55,922 nucleotides of DNA from Catajapyx aquilonaris. Lineage: Eukaryota. The notes under the pieces were generated by a model. That model was not told the DNA's origin, did not search any database, and worked only from the letters and a program-made list of their open reading frames with translations. The stretch is from the NCBI GenBank assembly GCA_000934665.2, contig JYFJ02002493.1, positions 1 through 55,922 of the forward strand, read 5' to 3'. The translations under genes and the position numbers were made by a program. Of the stretch, positions 37,801 through 51,010 are shown in pieces; within the stretch, counting starts at the first letter, position 1; every line of letters starts with the position of its first letter.

Positions 37801-39445
37801 TAGCAGTTTGCCTGACTGCAAGTTAAGAAAGGCTGAGCAGCGCAGTAAGGCATGTTCTTTTTTTTAAAGCAGACCGGAATGCACAAATGCACATCTGAGA
37901 TAATGGCTCTGATCCAGTCGGATCGAGTATTTGCCAGGTACAGCTAATGCGACTTTTAATGCCTAGCAGTAACGACAGACGAGGCAGGCGAGGCTGCACT
38001 TGTCCTATTCCAGGCGCCAGTAACCGGTGTCAACCGGCAACTTGGCTTGAAATCGTCGCGAAAGAATTTTTTTTGCACCCCTCCCCCCTATTTTGGCGCA
38101 TCTTCCGATGACCTGCAGTACGTGTCCATGCTATCTCCCCCTCTGGCCTACTCCTCCACCAAGTCTCTTTGTGTCCCTCATTTGAGTTCAAGAGTAGCTT
38201 TCTTTGGCCCACCGTCAGATGGCTGACGGCCAGATCTCCCGCATTTATAGATAGATATGTCCCTACTCCTGACTGACTCTAAGCAAGTGGCCACCTACAA
38301 GCAGTCTGACATCTGCTGCCAAAACACTCTAACTACGACACACACATGGGAGGTGCGAAACATGCTGGCCGCTCTGCTGACTCTCACGAGTCCACGATCA
38401 ATCATAGGCGTATCTGCTAAGCTATGTGTGCAGGTGTGGAGTGCAAGCAAGGCAAGTCAGCATGCAATCAAGAGAATGCTTCTCACTTGCTTTCAATCAA
38501 GAACACTGGCCGCTGACAGCTTCCCACCACCCAGGACTATCCAAGATTTTCTCAGAAGAATTCGAGAAGACACAGTTAATGTGTGACGTTTATTGCGAGA
38601 ATTACAGCCAAACCAGCCGTAATCAGAACTTGGAAAGTTGCTCGGGTCGAAGGATTTCCTGCAGCTTTAATGAGCTTTCTCCAACTTGGATTTCTTGATA
38701 TCATGAATCAATTGAATAGCAAGTGGACGGTGGAGTTAGGGAAGTTGGGCGCTCGCAAGATTGAGTCTCACAAGGCACATTCACAGTGATAAAATTATGC
38801 ATTAATACTAGATAGAGCAAGATGGCAACCGCCCTGCTAACCTCATTCCGAGGAATATGCCTCGAGCAATCTCTACAGAGCCATACTGATATTAAATGCA
38901 GCATAGCTGGCTGCAAGTGCAATTGAGTATTGTTGTAGCAATGTAGAGCCAATTCAGGCTTCTCATGATACCTGGAAAAAAAGAGAGCAATAAAAGGATA
39001 TCAAATATCCGGAATGGACTACTGTTTTATGACATTGTATATGAAAATCAAATATTAGGAAATCTGCGCTACATTTCTGGCATGACGAAAATCATATTGG
39101 ATGCATGGCGCTCCCTTCTGAAAACCTTTTGCTTAATTTCGAATGTCCCCTTGTCGCTCCCCGCTTTTGAATATTCCTTGTCAGTTTGCGCTTCAAAACT
39201 TTTGGCATAGTCTATGTGGAAATATGCTAATATCGCATCCCTTATTGCATCGAACTCGGCAAAAGAGGTAATTTATTTGCAAATTCGAGTCAGCAGAACA
39301 CGTGTTCCAGCATTGCAATATGAAGCTGGAGACAGAAACAATGTTTTTCATTTTACACATGCTTCCAGAAAATACGTAACAAAAGGAATCCATACACGCT
39401 TTTGTTATACAGGCCAAGTGATTTCAGAACAATTCCTCACTTTAT

Positions 39446-39571
39446 TGCCCGATTGCACCAACGAAATTACCGATTCGATAGCTCCACCAGATCGTTAGCA
39501 CACGTTAAAAGGGCTCCTAACGATCAATTAGGAGCTATCGGATCGGTAATTTCGGTTGGTGCAATCGGGCA
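39446..39571. mobile_element. PIF/Harbinger (Tourist-like) palindromic MITE
   Basis: TGCCCGATTGCACCAAC.../...GTTGGTGCAATCGGGCA, with 3-bp TSD TAT on both sides. Confidence 0.85.
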
Positions 39572-40593
39572 TATGTGATCCATTCAAGTCGATATTTCTC
39601 AAAAGGTTTAACAGTAATGTTATTTATTCAATGGATGTGTAGATATTTTCTTCTGCTTAATTTGAAAGCAGCGAAATATATTGTCATTAGTGTTAAATTA
39701 CTGTAGCCTAACTACTTTCTATTGCAGGCCATATTAGAGTATGTCATAATCAAAACCAGGCGATCTTCTTCGGTATGAATCCTTCAGAAAACAGAGCACT
39801 CAGATTTAGCGAGTCTTTTCATGGTCCGTGTGACTTTTCCAAATGGGAGGTGGACACGAGGTGAAAATGTTTCATATACAATTTTTGAAATGGGAATGTA
39901 GCGTTGAGTTGATGCCCGTAACCAGAAATTAACACACTTTAGACAACATGAGATAGCATTGTTTTGATAGTCTAATGACCTACTCTAACCTGGTATTTAC
40001 CCGAGTTAGGCTATATGCACAAGCAATAAGCTCCTGGAGAAGCACCACAAATCAATGTACTATTCATAATTTGTAAATAGAAAGATATTAATAAGCACAT
40101 CATAATCAATGACCAGGGGTGTTTGGAGCGTGCTGAGCGAACCTGGTGCTGATGATAGGCAGGTGCGTGAGACGATCGTTTTCCTGGCCCCTGTGAGCTC
40201 CTGCAGACTTACTGTGGGCCGCTCGTTTTCTGCCATCTAGACGGATTTCCTCTGTTGCCCGAAAGTGTTTACGGGCCTGAGGAGGATTTTACGAGTGCTT
40301 TGACTCACTTTACACACGAGCTGGGGGCATTGTCGAGCTTTATGATTTGAGGAAAGGCAGTGGAAGGCATCCAATTGGCCCAGAGACAGTTTTGGCCATT
40401 TGCAGCGCACCTTCGGAAATACCTATCGTTATCCAAGTGCCAGATGAAAATAGAGGTATTTTTTAAGTGGGCCTACACCTACTGGCTATCACGTCGTCAG
40501 GGTCATTTTTGGCCAGACCGATTGCTTTAGCTGGCTTGCCGCCTGGGTTTCAATCTGAAATAATAAGCGTGGTTTCAACCCCTTCGGTGTAGT

Positions 40594-40800
40594 ATGCGGA
40601 GAACTGGTCGTCCAATCCGGCAATTCCATATTGATAGCGCCCCTGAATATTTCACTTCCTGGGGAGCCCCCAAGGCTTTATTGCTGTTCCGACAACCGAA
40701 GGTCACTATCGATGATCCGTCAATGTGGACTCCGTGTCAAGCGATATATAGCATACCCCCAGCTGCGGATTTCTATTTCTGGTAATTGCAGGGGATGTCA
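40594..40800 (+). pseudogene. Degenerate Tc1/mariner transposase fragment
   Basis: QFHIDSAPEYF ... WTPCQAIYSIPPAADFYFW resembles FQQDGAPAH ... WPPRSPDLTPLDFFLWG. Confidence 0.5.
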
Positions 40801-42964
40801 TAATTATGCACTTTTCAAGTGTACACAAATGGCAGTTGATAGCGGCGCCGCCTATTCAAATGGCACTTTCATCCCGACGTGTGGCTCACTGCTGAGCCCA
40901 TTTACAATGTTGGAAACAGTGGTCACATATAGCAAAGGTCGCCCCAGGCTATATACGTGATGATGCTGATGCGGGTACACTATCAGCCTCACCCTGATCA
41001 TTATACCGGCAGATGTTTTCTTCTATTCCCATCGACATCTTCACCTAAGCCCACTATCTACACCATACACTAGTGTATTTTATCCAACTAAAGCCCACTT
41101 TCTGCTTGTTTACGATATAAATGCAAAGGCTAAGCCCCCTTCCCCGTCACTTCAAATTAAACGTGTCGACATTGCGGACTATGCTCAGCATGTGCTCTAC
41201 TAATCAATAGCTTGCTAAGTAATGCAATGGAATATAATAATCTTGGTGTTGGTTATGCAACTTACCTTCGACATTTTTTACTGTAGACTCATGGCTGCCA
41301 TACTGAAAATTATCGGCCGATTTCTGCTCTATTTGTAATGCTAAAAATGTTTATTCAGAGATGGGCAAAGAATTTTGTCATAAGTTGGTGAAAAATTTAG
41401 TAGAAACAGCGAATCATTTTAAAGTTATCCATTATGCTGAAGCAAACTGGAATTAGTAATGTACAACAGCTTGTTTAGCTCATCGTGGTGGGACATGCCA
41501 CTTACTGTCTTGCTTCTTGAGACGGGAGAAGTCGGCTTTCCTTCTCTTATCTGCCTTTCCAAGTAAAGCTAAATTCAATAATTGCGGGTTTAATGTTGCA
41601 CAGGAAACTGAAACTGCAGCTTACGTGCTAGGAACTGCCTTTTTAATTCATTATTTTGCCCAAGAGGGCCATTCAGGAATTATGCGCCAGAATATGGCTT
41701 AAGATGTTTCTGTTTGTTTAAATTTCGGAAAATGTATATTTCTGCCTTTTGCTTCCGACTGTGTTAACAGAACATGCAGCTCTTGAATGGCACAACAGTA
41801 GTGTGCCCCGAGGGATTTTTGGACGCCCATTACCTGCAATAAGTACTCTACTAGAAAAAATAGCCTTTTCCAGTCGTGTACGAACATCACAGTACCGCAG
41901 TAGTAGTGGTGCAGTCGCAGGTTTGATCAAAGTTTCAGCAGGCCAGTTGCAGGTGCAGATTGGAACCTTCATTCTGGTCCAGTGGTCCTCACATATGGGG
42001 TAGATTGGACTCTACAAGGTGATCAGCCCAATCTACTTCAGATTCCTTAGGCCAAAGTACTGTGCGTAATTTCTGGCTGCGAGGCTAATTACAACGTGCA
42101 GAGGCAATTAATAGTTGATTGTGTACATGCATGTATAAAAATTCAGCCCGCATTATTGAAGCACACTCTTAGTCACAAGCATGAGATTGCTTATAAACTC
42201 TGCCTGAAGATGTAAATCCCAATTAGCAAGCAACGTCTAACAAATCAGTATGCCAATACATCACTATAATCCCACATGCTTAACAGTTCATTCCTCCTAT
42301 GAAGTACGTATATTGCAACATTTAGGATCCTGAACAGTGATTAAAAGTGACTCCCACGCGGTTGCCATCGATTTTGTCTCTCTCTTTCATTTTTTAGAAG
42401 GTCGCATTTCGCTGCCTTATGGAATGTGCCCATTTCCACGGCGAATCAGTCCAGCAGTGTCTCATACCTCCCGCAGACCCGCTCTCTTAATTTCCTCTTG
42501 ATCGAATAAATATCTGGCAACATGCATGGCTCACATTAAGTTTTCGACGATCAGTCACATTAGGCTATTGTTCCCATAAGAAGTAAGAGCGCATAAAAGC
42601 TCTGACGACGATTAATTCAGTATATCTTATTTTAGTTGGAGTTATGTTACTTGAGATGAAACTGCCGTAAAGGTAGTGTGGGACCTTGATTGGCTAGAGA
42701 TCCGCCTGACTCACTCCCATTGGCTTGCCTGCCTCAAATTCGCATCATTCTAATATCCAGATTGATCAACAAGAACGCGTCGTCATATTGCGACATGTAG
42801 TGTTTCTTATGAAATATTAGGCCTATCTCTCAATGACAGCCTCTAAATACCATTTAAGTATACACTGTACTATATGAAACTACAAAGTGTTTTCACGGCC
42901 TTTGTAATTAACAGAGTATGCCTATATCTATCCATTTTTATTGACTCTTTAGCGATGTATCTCG

Positions 42965-43160
42965 GTCATTCTACATCATGCATGCCCTAAATGCTCCGAA
43001 TGCATATCTGATTGAGGACAGTAAAAGCCATGCGCAATGGACAAAATGTCACATATCTGTCAAGTGGATTCCACATCAAGCGATCCAGCACACTGTGCAT
43101 TTCTATTTTTGGGAATGGTTGGGATGTGATAATGAACTTATCCCGTGCCAGCAAAATTAA
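42965..43160 (+). pseudogene. Second degenerate mariner transposase fragment, related to 40594-40800
   Basis: Shares GTCAA(T)GTGGA..CC...TCAAGCGAT and ATTTCTATTT.TGG with 40720-40790. Translates KWIPHQAIQHTVHFYFWEW. Confidence 0.45.
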
Positions 43161-45507
43161 CCGCATTATTGTAGCAATGCATTTATACCCCATTTAAAGC
43201 GATAGACTGAAACGCGCGCGTGCATTCCGCAGGATATCATAATAAGTGTTATAATAATACTATACAATGATTTTGCAGGCGGGTAGTGTTAATATGTGTG
43301 ATGAATATAATATTAAATCAATGCTCACCCTGCGTGTTTGGCAGTGTCGAGCGAGTATAAACAAGTATACGTATACTGGGTTGAAACAAGCTTGCTGCTG
43401 GTCCTATGTAAATGATCATGATTGGATGAAAGCACCCACGAGATGAGATTTGGCAGGAACAGGAAAAGGGAATCGAACGAAATCAGTGCAGGAAGCGGGG
43501 GGCACAAGGAAACGAGCTTTTGTGATCCACTCAACCCTGTATTCCCCCATTCACTTCCGCTGAAATTCAAGCTTTTGAGCTCTCCAAAAGTCCAAATACA
43601 AAAGAAGGCAAGTATACTTCTCAAATTTACGTTCAGATACAATGTACCAAATAATTTCAGAGAGTACTGACGATCGCGAGCTATCAATTTGATAGAGTAC
43701 TGCAGATTGTCTAGCTCCAGTCTTTTTTTTTGGCACAATTATCGTACATGAACTATGACTCTATGAGAACATAACCAAGTTCCATATTCATATAACAGGA
43801 ATTTTTATTGGCACAGAGGAAATCGTGGGCTGCAAGGACGCTGACAATGACGCCAATCGTACGCGTGTACTGTAACTCAAAAAGTTATGAGCGTGCAAAA
43901 TGTGTGAATCCGACAACCGTGATGGGTAAAGTGGGAGTTGCGAATTATTGCGCTATTCGGATGGAAGTTGACTGCACTCTGAATAGCAATTGGCGAAATG
44001 ATTAAAGACGGGAAAAAACTTTCTTCTTAAACTGCGAAGAAGTATTTGAAAGAAAATTCACTGGGCTCGTATTTTGAAATATCCTGAACAGCCAGGGGGA
44101 CATTGGTGTGAATAGTAGCGTAGAAAACTTTGAACTGTCTATTGATTGTGCAAGTATGCTGTTTTTGGCAGTTTTTGGACCCCACTTAGCATCAAGATCG
44201 CGTGACTTCTTCACCTTCCTATACAACTTTACGTAATGCTAACCCGACTCTCAATATTCATTCCTAAACAAAACATGCTTAATTTTTTATTTTTCCGCTC
44301 TATAACTACAACTTTTTTTTGTAGAACAACTTAACAATCGCGTGTTAGCCGTTTTAAATAGTTTCCGGAAAGGATACACGGCACTTCAGGGGGAAAAATG
44401 AGCCGAAAAAGCAATGCTTGATGGTTGTTACGTAACGCGGACATCTGCCTCACATATTTGGAGTTTGAAACAATGTAATGGGGTTATCTATCACCTAACT
44501 AGGCTGAACATTAACACGAGATGTATCCCTTATTTTCTTCTGGAATCCTCAAATTAATCTGCCAGATAAACCATAAAAGCCGGTTATCTCTCCAAACAAA
44601 ACAAGAAGTTCTTCTTAGAATCTGTCAGTTTAACTCGGCTTTAGGAAGAGATTTAGTCTTGAATCCCCCTGTTTCCAGATTAGTTCCGGCTTCAGGAAGT
44701 GGTTACCCTCTCTCCATCGACCAACTGCCAAGTACAGTACATGACAAGGCCACCTATCCTTGTGTTAAACTCAAAATAATCCGTTTCAACACATATCACG
44801 GTACTAATCACTCATCTAAGCTAAGCTTGAGGCAAGAAGTTGATGGGAAAGGCAGATTTATGTAGTGTCTTAAATTAAGGAATAAAGTGAGAAAATGGCT
44901 CAAGTTTGGAATAATTGTAAGAAAATAATGGAATCTTTCAAGTGGTTACGCTTAATGGACAGGCCATTGCATGTGCTCCATAAAAAACTGACACTTTTCC
45001 TGTCGGTTCTTCTACAACAGAAAAGAGGTGTCTATAAAACCAAGTGTTGACCTATAAGGCGTTACCTATGCAATGCGCGGTACATTGTCCTTTGAATCGA
45101 TGACTAATCTCCTAGTGGTTGAGTATGACGGATCGCGCTAACTTTACCATTAGTGACATTAGAGCAAACAAGGCGGACCATCGCTTAGCAAGTCAGGTGC
45201 ATAACTCATGCGGATTTCAGGTGTTAGCACGATGTCGCGGTGGTAGATATATCTTATGCAAGAGGGTCCTGCTACCCACTCTCATTCTGGCGTGTGTGGA
45301 GCAATATGTGTTGTTCTTTCGGCGCTTTGCCGGCGTAGGAGTTAGATGCTGCATTTTTATACAAAGTAGGCCTATGTTGACATCTCCAAGAATGGGTGGA
45401 AAAAGCATGAGGATGTGTTCGCACACTAGGGAGGCCGAGATTTTTCGAGCGAATTCAAGACCTTTTATCGTGAGCGAGAAGCCACTGACCAATAGGGTTC
45501 CAGAATA

Positions 45508-46069
45508 CATGGTGTTTCAACTTTTTGTCCGAACAGTTATTGAAAAATTGCACGTAGCTGCTACTTTGTAAGCAGTGACTTGCAACCGGTGATTTGTCGG
45601 AGGAATGGGGAATGGGGAAAAAGAGGGTCACACTTCCCATGGCATGTGTGACCCTCTATTTACCAGGCTTGACCCTCAATTTTCAGCGAGCAGCACGTAT
45701 GCCACTTCAACCTACGATTCGCAGGGAATATTCCCCGTTCCTCCTAAAAATCACAATTTGCAAGTCACTGCTTACAAACAGAGCTGGGCAAGCTAACCGA
45801 AATTTTTAGCTCAGCTAACTTCCGCTAACAGCCAATTCGGTTAGTAAACCATGGGCGGCGCTAAATTGCTAATGGTAAACAGCTAGAATGATTAGAGGGG
45901 TTCCCAATAACCTTTCTAGCTGTTAAGAATTAACGATTTGGTGATGTCCATGGTTTTTCTGAGCAAGTTAGCTGCTATCGAAAGTTAGCTGTGCCCACCT
46001 CTGCTTACAAAGTAGCAGCTACGTGCAATTTTCCGATAACTGTTCGGACAAAAAAGTTGAAACACCATG
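45508..46069. mobile_element. Tc1/mariner-type MITE interrupted by a nested hAT MITE
   Basis: TA|CATGGTGTTTCAACTTTTTGTCCGAACAGTTAT... / ...GGACAAAAAAGTTGAAACACCATG|TA, with long imperfect TIRs. Confidence 0.92.
45779..46003. mobile_element. Nested hAT-type MITE (225 bp)
   Basis: TIRs CAGAGCTGGGCA / TGCCCACCTCTG. 8-bp TSD CTTACAAA at 45771-45778 and 46004-46011. Subterminal GCTAAC/GTTAGC motifs. Confidence 0.93.
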
Positions 46070-49000
46070 TATATTGTCTCCAGTTTCTCGCGAGTTTGGG
46101 AACACACCTTAAATATTTAAGTATCAGCATTCAACTCTTCCATTCCATTTGTAGCATTTTCAATTGAGAAATATCTATACGACTATATTTGTGGCTATAA
46201 CGGTATATGCCCTGTAGCTCATTATGACCTTCCAACAGTGAATGATGACACACTAATTAATGAAATTCAAATATAGTTATTGCAAAAGTGGATTCGTCAT
46301 TGTTAATTATTATACATCTTGCTCTCTGAGTGTGCCAGAGATTATACTGGGATCACATAATCCCTGTTGCACCACTGAAAGTAGACCGTCAACCTCTGGT
46401 TTACTCATCCTTTATTATTAATTGTTTGCTTCATTGTTGCCAGCAAATCCGCGGTGGAGGATATACTTTCAGTGGTGCAGCTTCGGGCCTTATTGGAGTC
46501 GAACACGAGGTTTCTGGTGTACCTTCCAGGCTTTTAAGCTTACATGGCTGCATTTCGCCTTTTCTCTTTGAGCCCATAGATTCAAAACGCCCCTACTAAA
46601 AAACTTTCCCACAATGGACAACTTTTTAGGGCACCTAGTTCTTATTGCACTTAGGCACCCATTTTTTATCCATCACCTGCTGCTAGCCTGCAAGAGAAGC
46701 AGAATGTTTTAATATGGGTGTATAAATCAACCCCCCCTCTTCCTCTACGACAAAATCTATTTTCGGCGAAGGTCTTCTCACTCTATAGATTGCTGAGTGC
46801 TACGGTTTAGGTTAGATACTGTAGGCTAGCGGATCAATATTATATCCAACTTTTCTCTACGTCATCACAATATAGAGCACAATATTGTTAGTTAGTGTCT
46901 GTGAGCTGTCTGAGTAACATACTGTGCATTTTTAACAATAATGATGCACAACAACAGGAGAAAAAGCCGGTTGGAGCACACTTTTAGCTAAAATAATATT
47001 TTCATATTATTGTAATGCTAACTGTAAATCCATCAGGCCTTTGGAGCTTCACTATAAAAAACACGTGTATTCTGGTAATATTGCCGCTTTTTCAATTTAA
47101 GCCACTCGCTATTACTCACTGATTTCTTCTTCATACGACACTTTTTCAAAAGAACAATGGCTGAGAGCTTCACAGTGCAATCAACACAGTGCAGTGGAGC
47201 AAAAAAGCAATATGAGCTACGTCTCAATTTCATTGCCTATAGTGACGAACTCGTGTCTTAAGAGAGTCCTCAAAGGTGTGTTGCCCTGTTGAATTGAGCT
47301 TACCATGGCAGCATGACCTCACGACCCCTTTCCAAAAGGTCGTTAGTTGTCTCTTGGAGGATGTAGTGTATATTGGATACGAAGCAATAAATCAAAGGCA
47401 GTTTGACAACACTCAAGTTAACCTATAAACATCGGTTGCAATAAGCTTGGTTGTAATCAACTGAATCGCTTTGAGACACTTAAGCTTGGTTGCACAACTA
47501 AAGGTAAATAATTTCCCACTGCATATTCTTGTTATTGGTTGTTTGTGTCAAGCTATTTTGAGCACCGGCTCTGTTCAAACTATGCTGTGATGAAATTTTC
47601 GAACATTTTATTGCCAATTTTACACAACTGCGTTTCTCTACTATGGTCACTTTTGTACACTAATGCCAATAATTATTTTAAACATTTCAAGCGTAACCAC
47701 CTAATGCTGTTGTGGTTGTCACTAATTCTCCCTAATTCTACTAATCGATTACGGTTACACGAGGGAACAAGATTTACCTATATCGATTATCCGGGACAAC
47801 ACAGTTTCTATTAGAGTAAGTGCCTACATGTTACTATCATTACAAATATAAAAAAATTAGCAACAGAGTATTCATTTGCTCCATGATTTATTCATATACA
47901 ATTGCCACATATTTACTTGTATATTCAAACTGAACAAAATTATGCTTTGTGAACTATTTTCAAAAAGGTTTCGGACAAATGTGTCCTGGAACTATACAAT
48001 CGTCCGTATTCTCTAGTACTGTAGTTCGGTCGAAACTTTTTTTATTGACATACAGTATATTGCCCAAGTTATAAGAAGCAATTTCTGAAAATGGGCCAGA
48101 AATGTAGGTGGAGTGAAGTAGTAGCGCTTCTGCACACTGTGTACTCATTCTCACGTTTCCAATTGTTTATTTAGGGCACAATCGAGGTTATTTGGGGTCG
48201 TCCTTCCCACAAGATATTGCTGACATATTAGGCCATAAAACACTCAAAATTGCACAAATACTGTAAGAGCAACCATGAAAATAACTGATACGAGTTGACC
48301 AGTTAGAACCGGTTAGGACAAGTTAGGGCATGTCGGAACACGCAGGGGTTGGAATAACGACACCAAAATAAAGGGCCTCAACCCCGATCATAAATCCAGA
48401 TAGCAGCGTTGTCATGGAAGATCCTTCAGAATCGGAACCGTATTCAAGCATCATTCCGGAATCCGGAGAATGCAGGCTGTGACCCCCTCTTGTCAACTCG
48501 AATCGGCTGGCTAGACCGCACAATTTCCGGAGAGAGGAAATTGAAGAAAAGAGTCGGGTTTGAGAAGGTCATCTTAGTTGGGCCATTGAAAAAGCAACCA
48601 CTGCGTGCTTGCTTGACGACATTGATGAATTGGACACTCCAAAATGTTCCTGACCAGATGAGGGGTTCTTGTCCTCTTGGGCCCTACGTCACGTCCAGTG
48701 AGCCCCAGCTTTTATCTATACAGTATTTATCTGTGGTGTGCTCCCGCATGGAATATTTTGACACTTCGGAGCGATGGTACGGCTGATCTAGCCGACTATT
48801 TCTGGCAGATAAATCAATCCTCGACGTAAAATGCCCAGGGAGAAGAAGAGCAGCAGGCAATACAGTCTCGGCAGGCTGGCACATATCCCAATATGAAAAT
48901 ATCGTTGAACGTTGTAAAACGCCGTTACTTACATTCACGTCGCTCTTGACTGCTGCCACAAAATGTTGATGTGTCCAATGCCGCATGAAGACTCCGACAT

Positions 49001-50329
49001 ACCACGTGGTTATTATTCCATGCCTTATATTCCCTCTAGTGCCATCTACTATCTGGAGATCAGTTTGCAAACACTAACTGCCCGCCTCCCATTCGAACCA
49101 ATGTTTGCTCAGCTCTTTATGCTCCTTTTACGCTATAAAGGGAGTCATGTATACAAATTGGAGAACATCATGCACGCAGTGTTCTTGGGACAATCCAGCG
49201 ATGGTGGAGCTAGGTCACACTGATAATGATGTCTAATTGACTCCTCTTTCTCATTTCCATGCTTGGTGAATGAAATCAAAGAGGTAAAAGGGGCTGAAAT
49301 GGAACTGTCGTCTATTTCTATCCATTTGAAATTCCTGCCCCATATACTGCCGACTTTGTGATGCATCGTTTCCCAAACGTGTTTTTGCATCCTAACTAGA
49401 TTCTCGCGGTTTGTACGTGACAGGGGAATGAGCGATAATTTACTATTCAGCTGTATAGCGACGGGAATGAAAATAGTTTCTGTGCTTTTGCTTAGAATAT
49501 CATTGTACAGTGTCTACTCGTATAAGTTACAGTAATGAAAAGCATCACTATTTCATTACTGTCCACTGCGGAGTGAAACTTTCCCAAAAGCTATGCGCGC
49601 CCCTGGTACACAGTGAAGGCAATTACCAGCGGAACCAGCTGCTTCGAAACACTAACATGCAAGTTGTAAGTGTCTCCAACCTGTTCACCACTTGGCACTA
49701 TTTATATCCGTACCGGTACAGAGAATGTTCCGCGCGCTTGACAGGAACAAGATGAATCAAAAGTTTGTGGGAACCAGTGAAACACTTGGCATCTTCTCTT
49801 AGATGTGGTGAAATTTTTCTACCGTGTTTTCAGCAAAAGCATGAATTCACTGCCATGCGTGACTATGAATGAAATGCCCACACACCAGGTCCAAGAGTTG
49901 TTACATTCTATTCTCATCTTATTTTTAAAGGCCACTGCTGGCCATTTTAAATTTATTTTTTAAATTCCTACGCATATCCATACGCCTGAACTATTACTAA
50001 AATTAATAAAACACGAATAAAGTCAGTACTAAACATCCCGTTGCATACTCTAACCACGATAGCAAAGTACAGTACGTGAGCATTTTTTTAAAAGCTGACC
50101 TTATGCAATCCGGAACAGAGCAGCCCTCCAGCAATTTATGTGACACATGCGGAACACACGATAAGAGAGAACGCGTTGTGTGTTCTGGGAAGTAGAGGGT
50201 TAAGGTCGACGGAATATCGGACGGGTATCGAGCACAATGCAGGCTGCCAATACAAAGCTGCGTCGGATTCACGTGTGCAGTGCAAGTTAGTTCGACCTGA
50301 GTCCTCGTGCAGTTTGCTCATTAGCAAAG

Positions 50330-51010
50330 TGGGCCACTGAAGTAGGCTACACGGAACTCACAGGACTCTAACAATCAGATACAATCAGGCTCGCCCACTT
50401 ATGCTTTTAGGGTATATGTTTGTGTGGTGGGGTACGGGATGTGGTGTGTATGAAGACTGACCTATGCTAAACAGGCGGTCTACCATTATGGCCACAATGT
50501 TTAGACACATGGTCGTTATGTCGTTAAAATTTCCGCAATTTAGCCGAAATGTAGGCAGTTCACACACTATGTGTATGTGTTTACATAAGGGTGGGAGAGA
50601 CATAGACTTAGGGCTAGTGGTAGAGTGCATAAGAATAGGCGCCAGTAGTCGTGCTTGCTGATCGATATGAACGTCATGAATAATTTCCGGCTTCCGCGAA
50701 TGTGGACCTTACAGCAGCGACCCATCGCACCGGTTTGTCTGCTGTACCTGCACCGACCTGCACTATTGGCTGCCATCTTTTGTCAGATGAAGCTTCATTT
50801 CCTGCCAACAGATGGCCCTTTCTTTGTTCCAGTCAAGGTAAAGAATAGCCGCGTTCGGATCGGAACCCTATTTGAAAAGCGTGAAAAAGCGCGGTGCAAG
50901 TCACGAAAGCACGGGACAATCCGCGGTTAAAAGAAACAAACGATTTCCGATTACGAAGGTTACTTGAATACTTATCCGACTGCTCTTTAGGGCAGGCAGG
51001 CAGGGGTGTC
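50330..51010 (-). pseudogene. Possible decayed KDZ (Kyakuja-Dileera-Zisupton) transposase
   Basis: In minus-strand order: PACPK (~50995), MAANSAGRCRYSRQTGAMGRCCKVH (~50776-50700, cf. 'AA...DETG..G.CCRH') and a frameshifted SD.ESCE (~50370, cf. 'DGE..ER'). Heavily degenerate. Confidence 0.35.

Noticed and set aside
38257..38789. Overlapping ORFs with several possible splice sites
   Set aside because: No single consistent exon chain or recognisable motif.
43422..44390. Possible Sola-like transposase C-terminus (KKASILLKF...VPNNFREY) and DNA-transposon-like flank
   Set aside because: The resemblance is too short and no TIR or TSD pair was identified.
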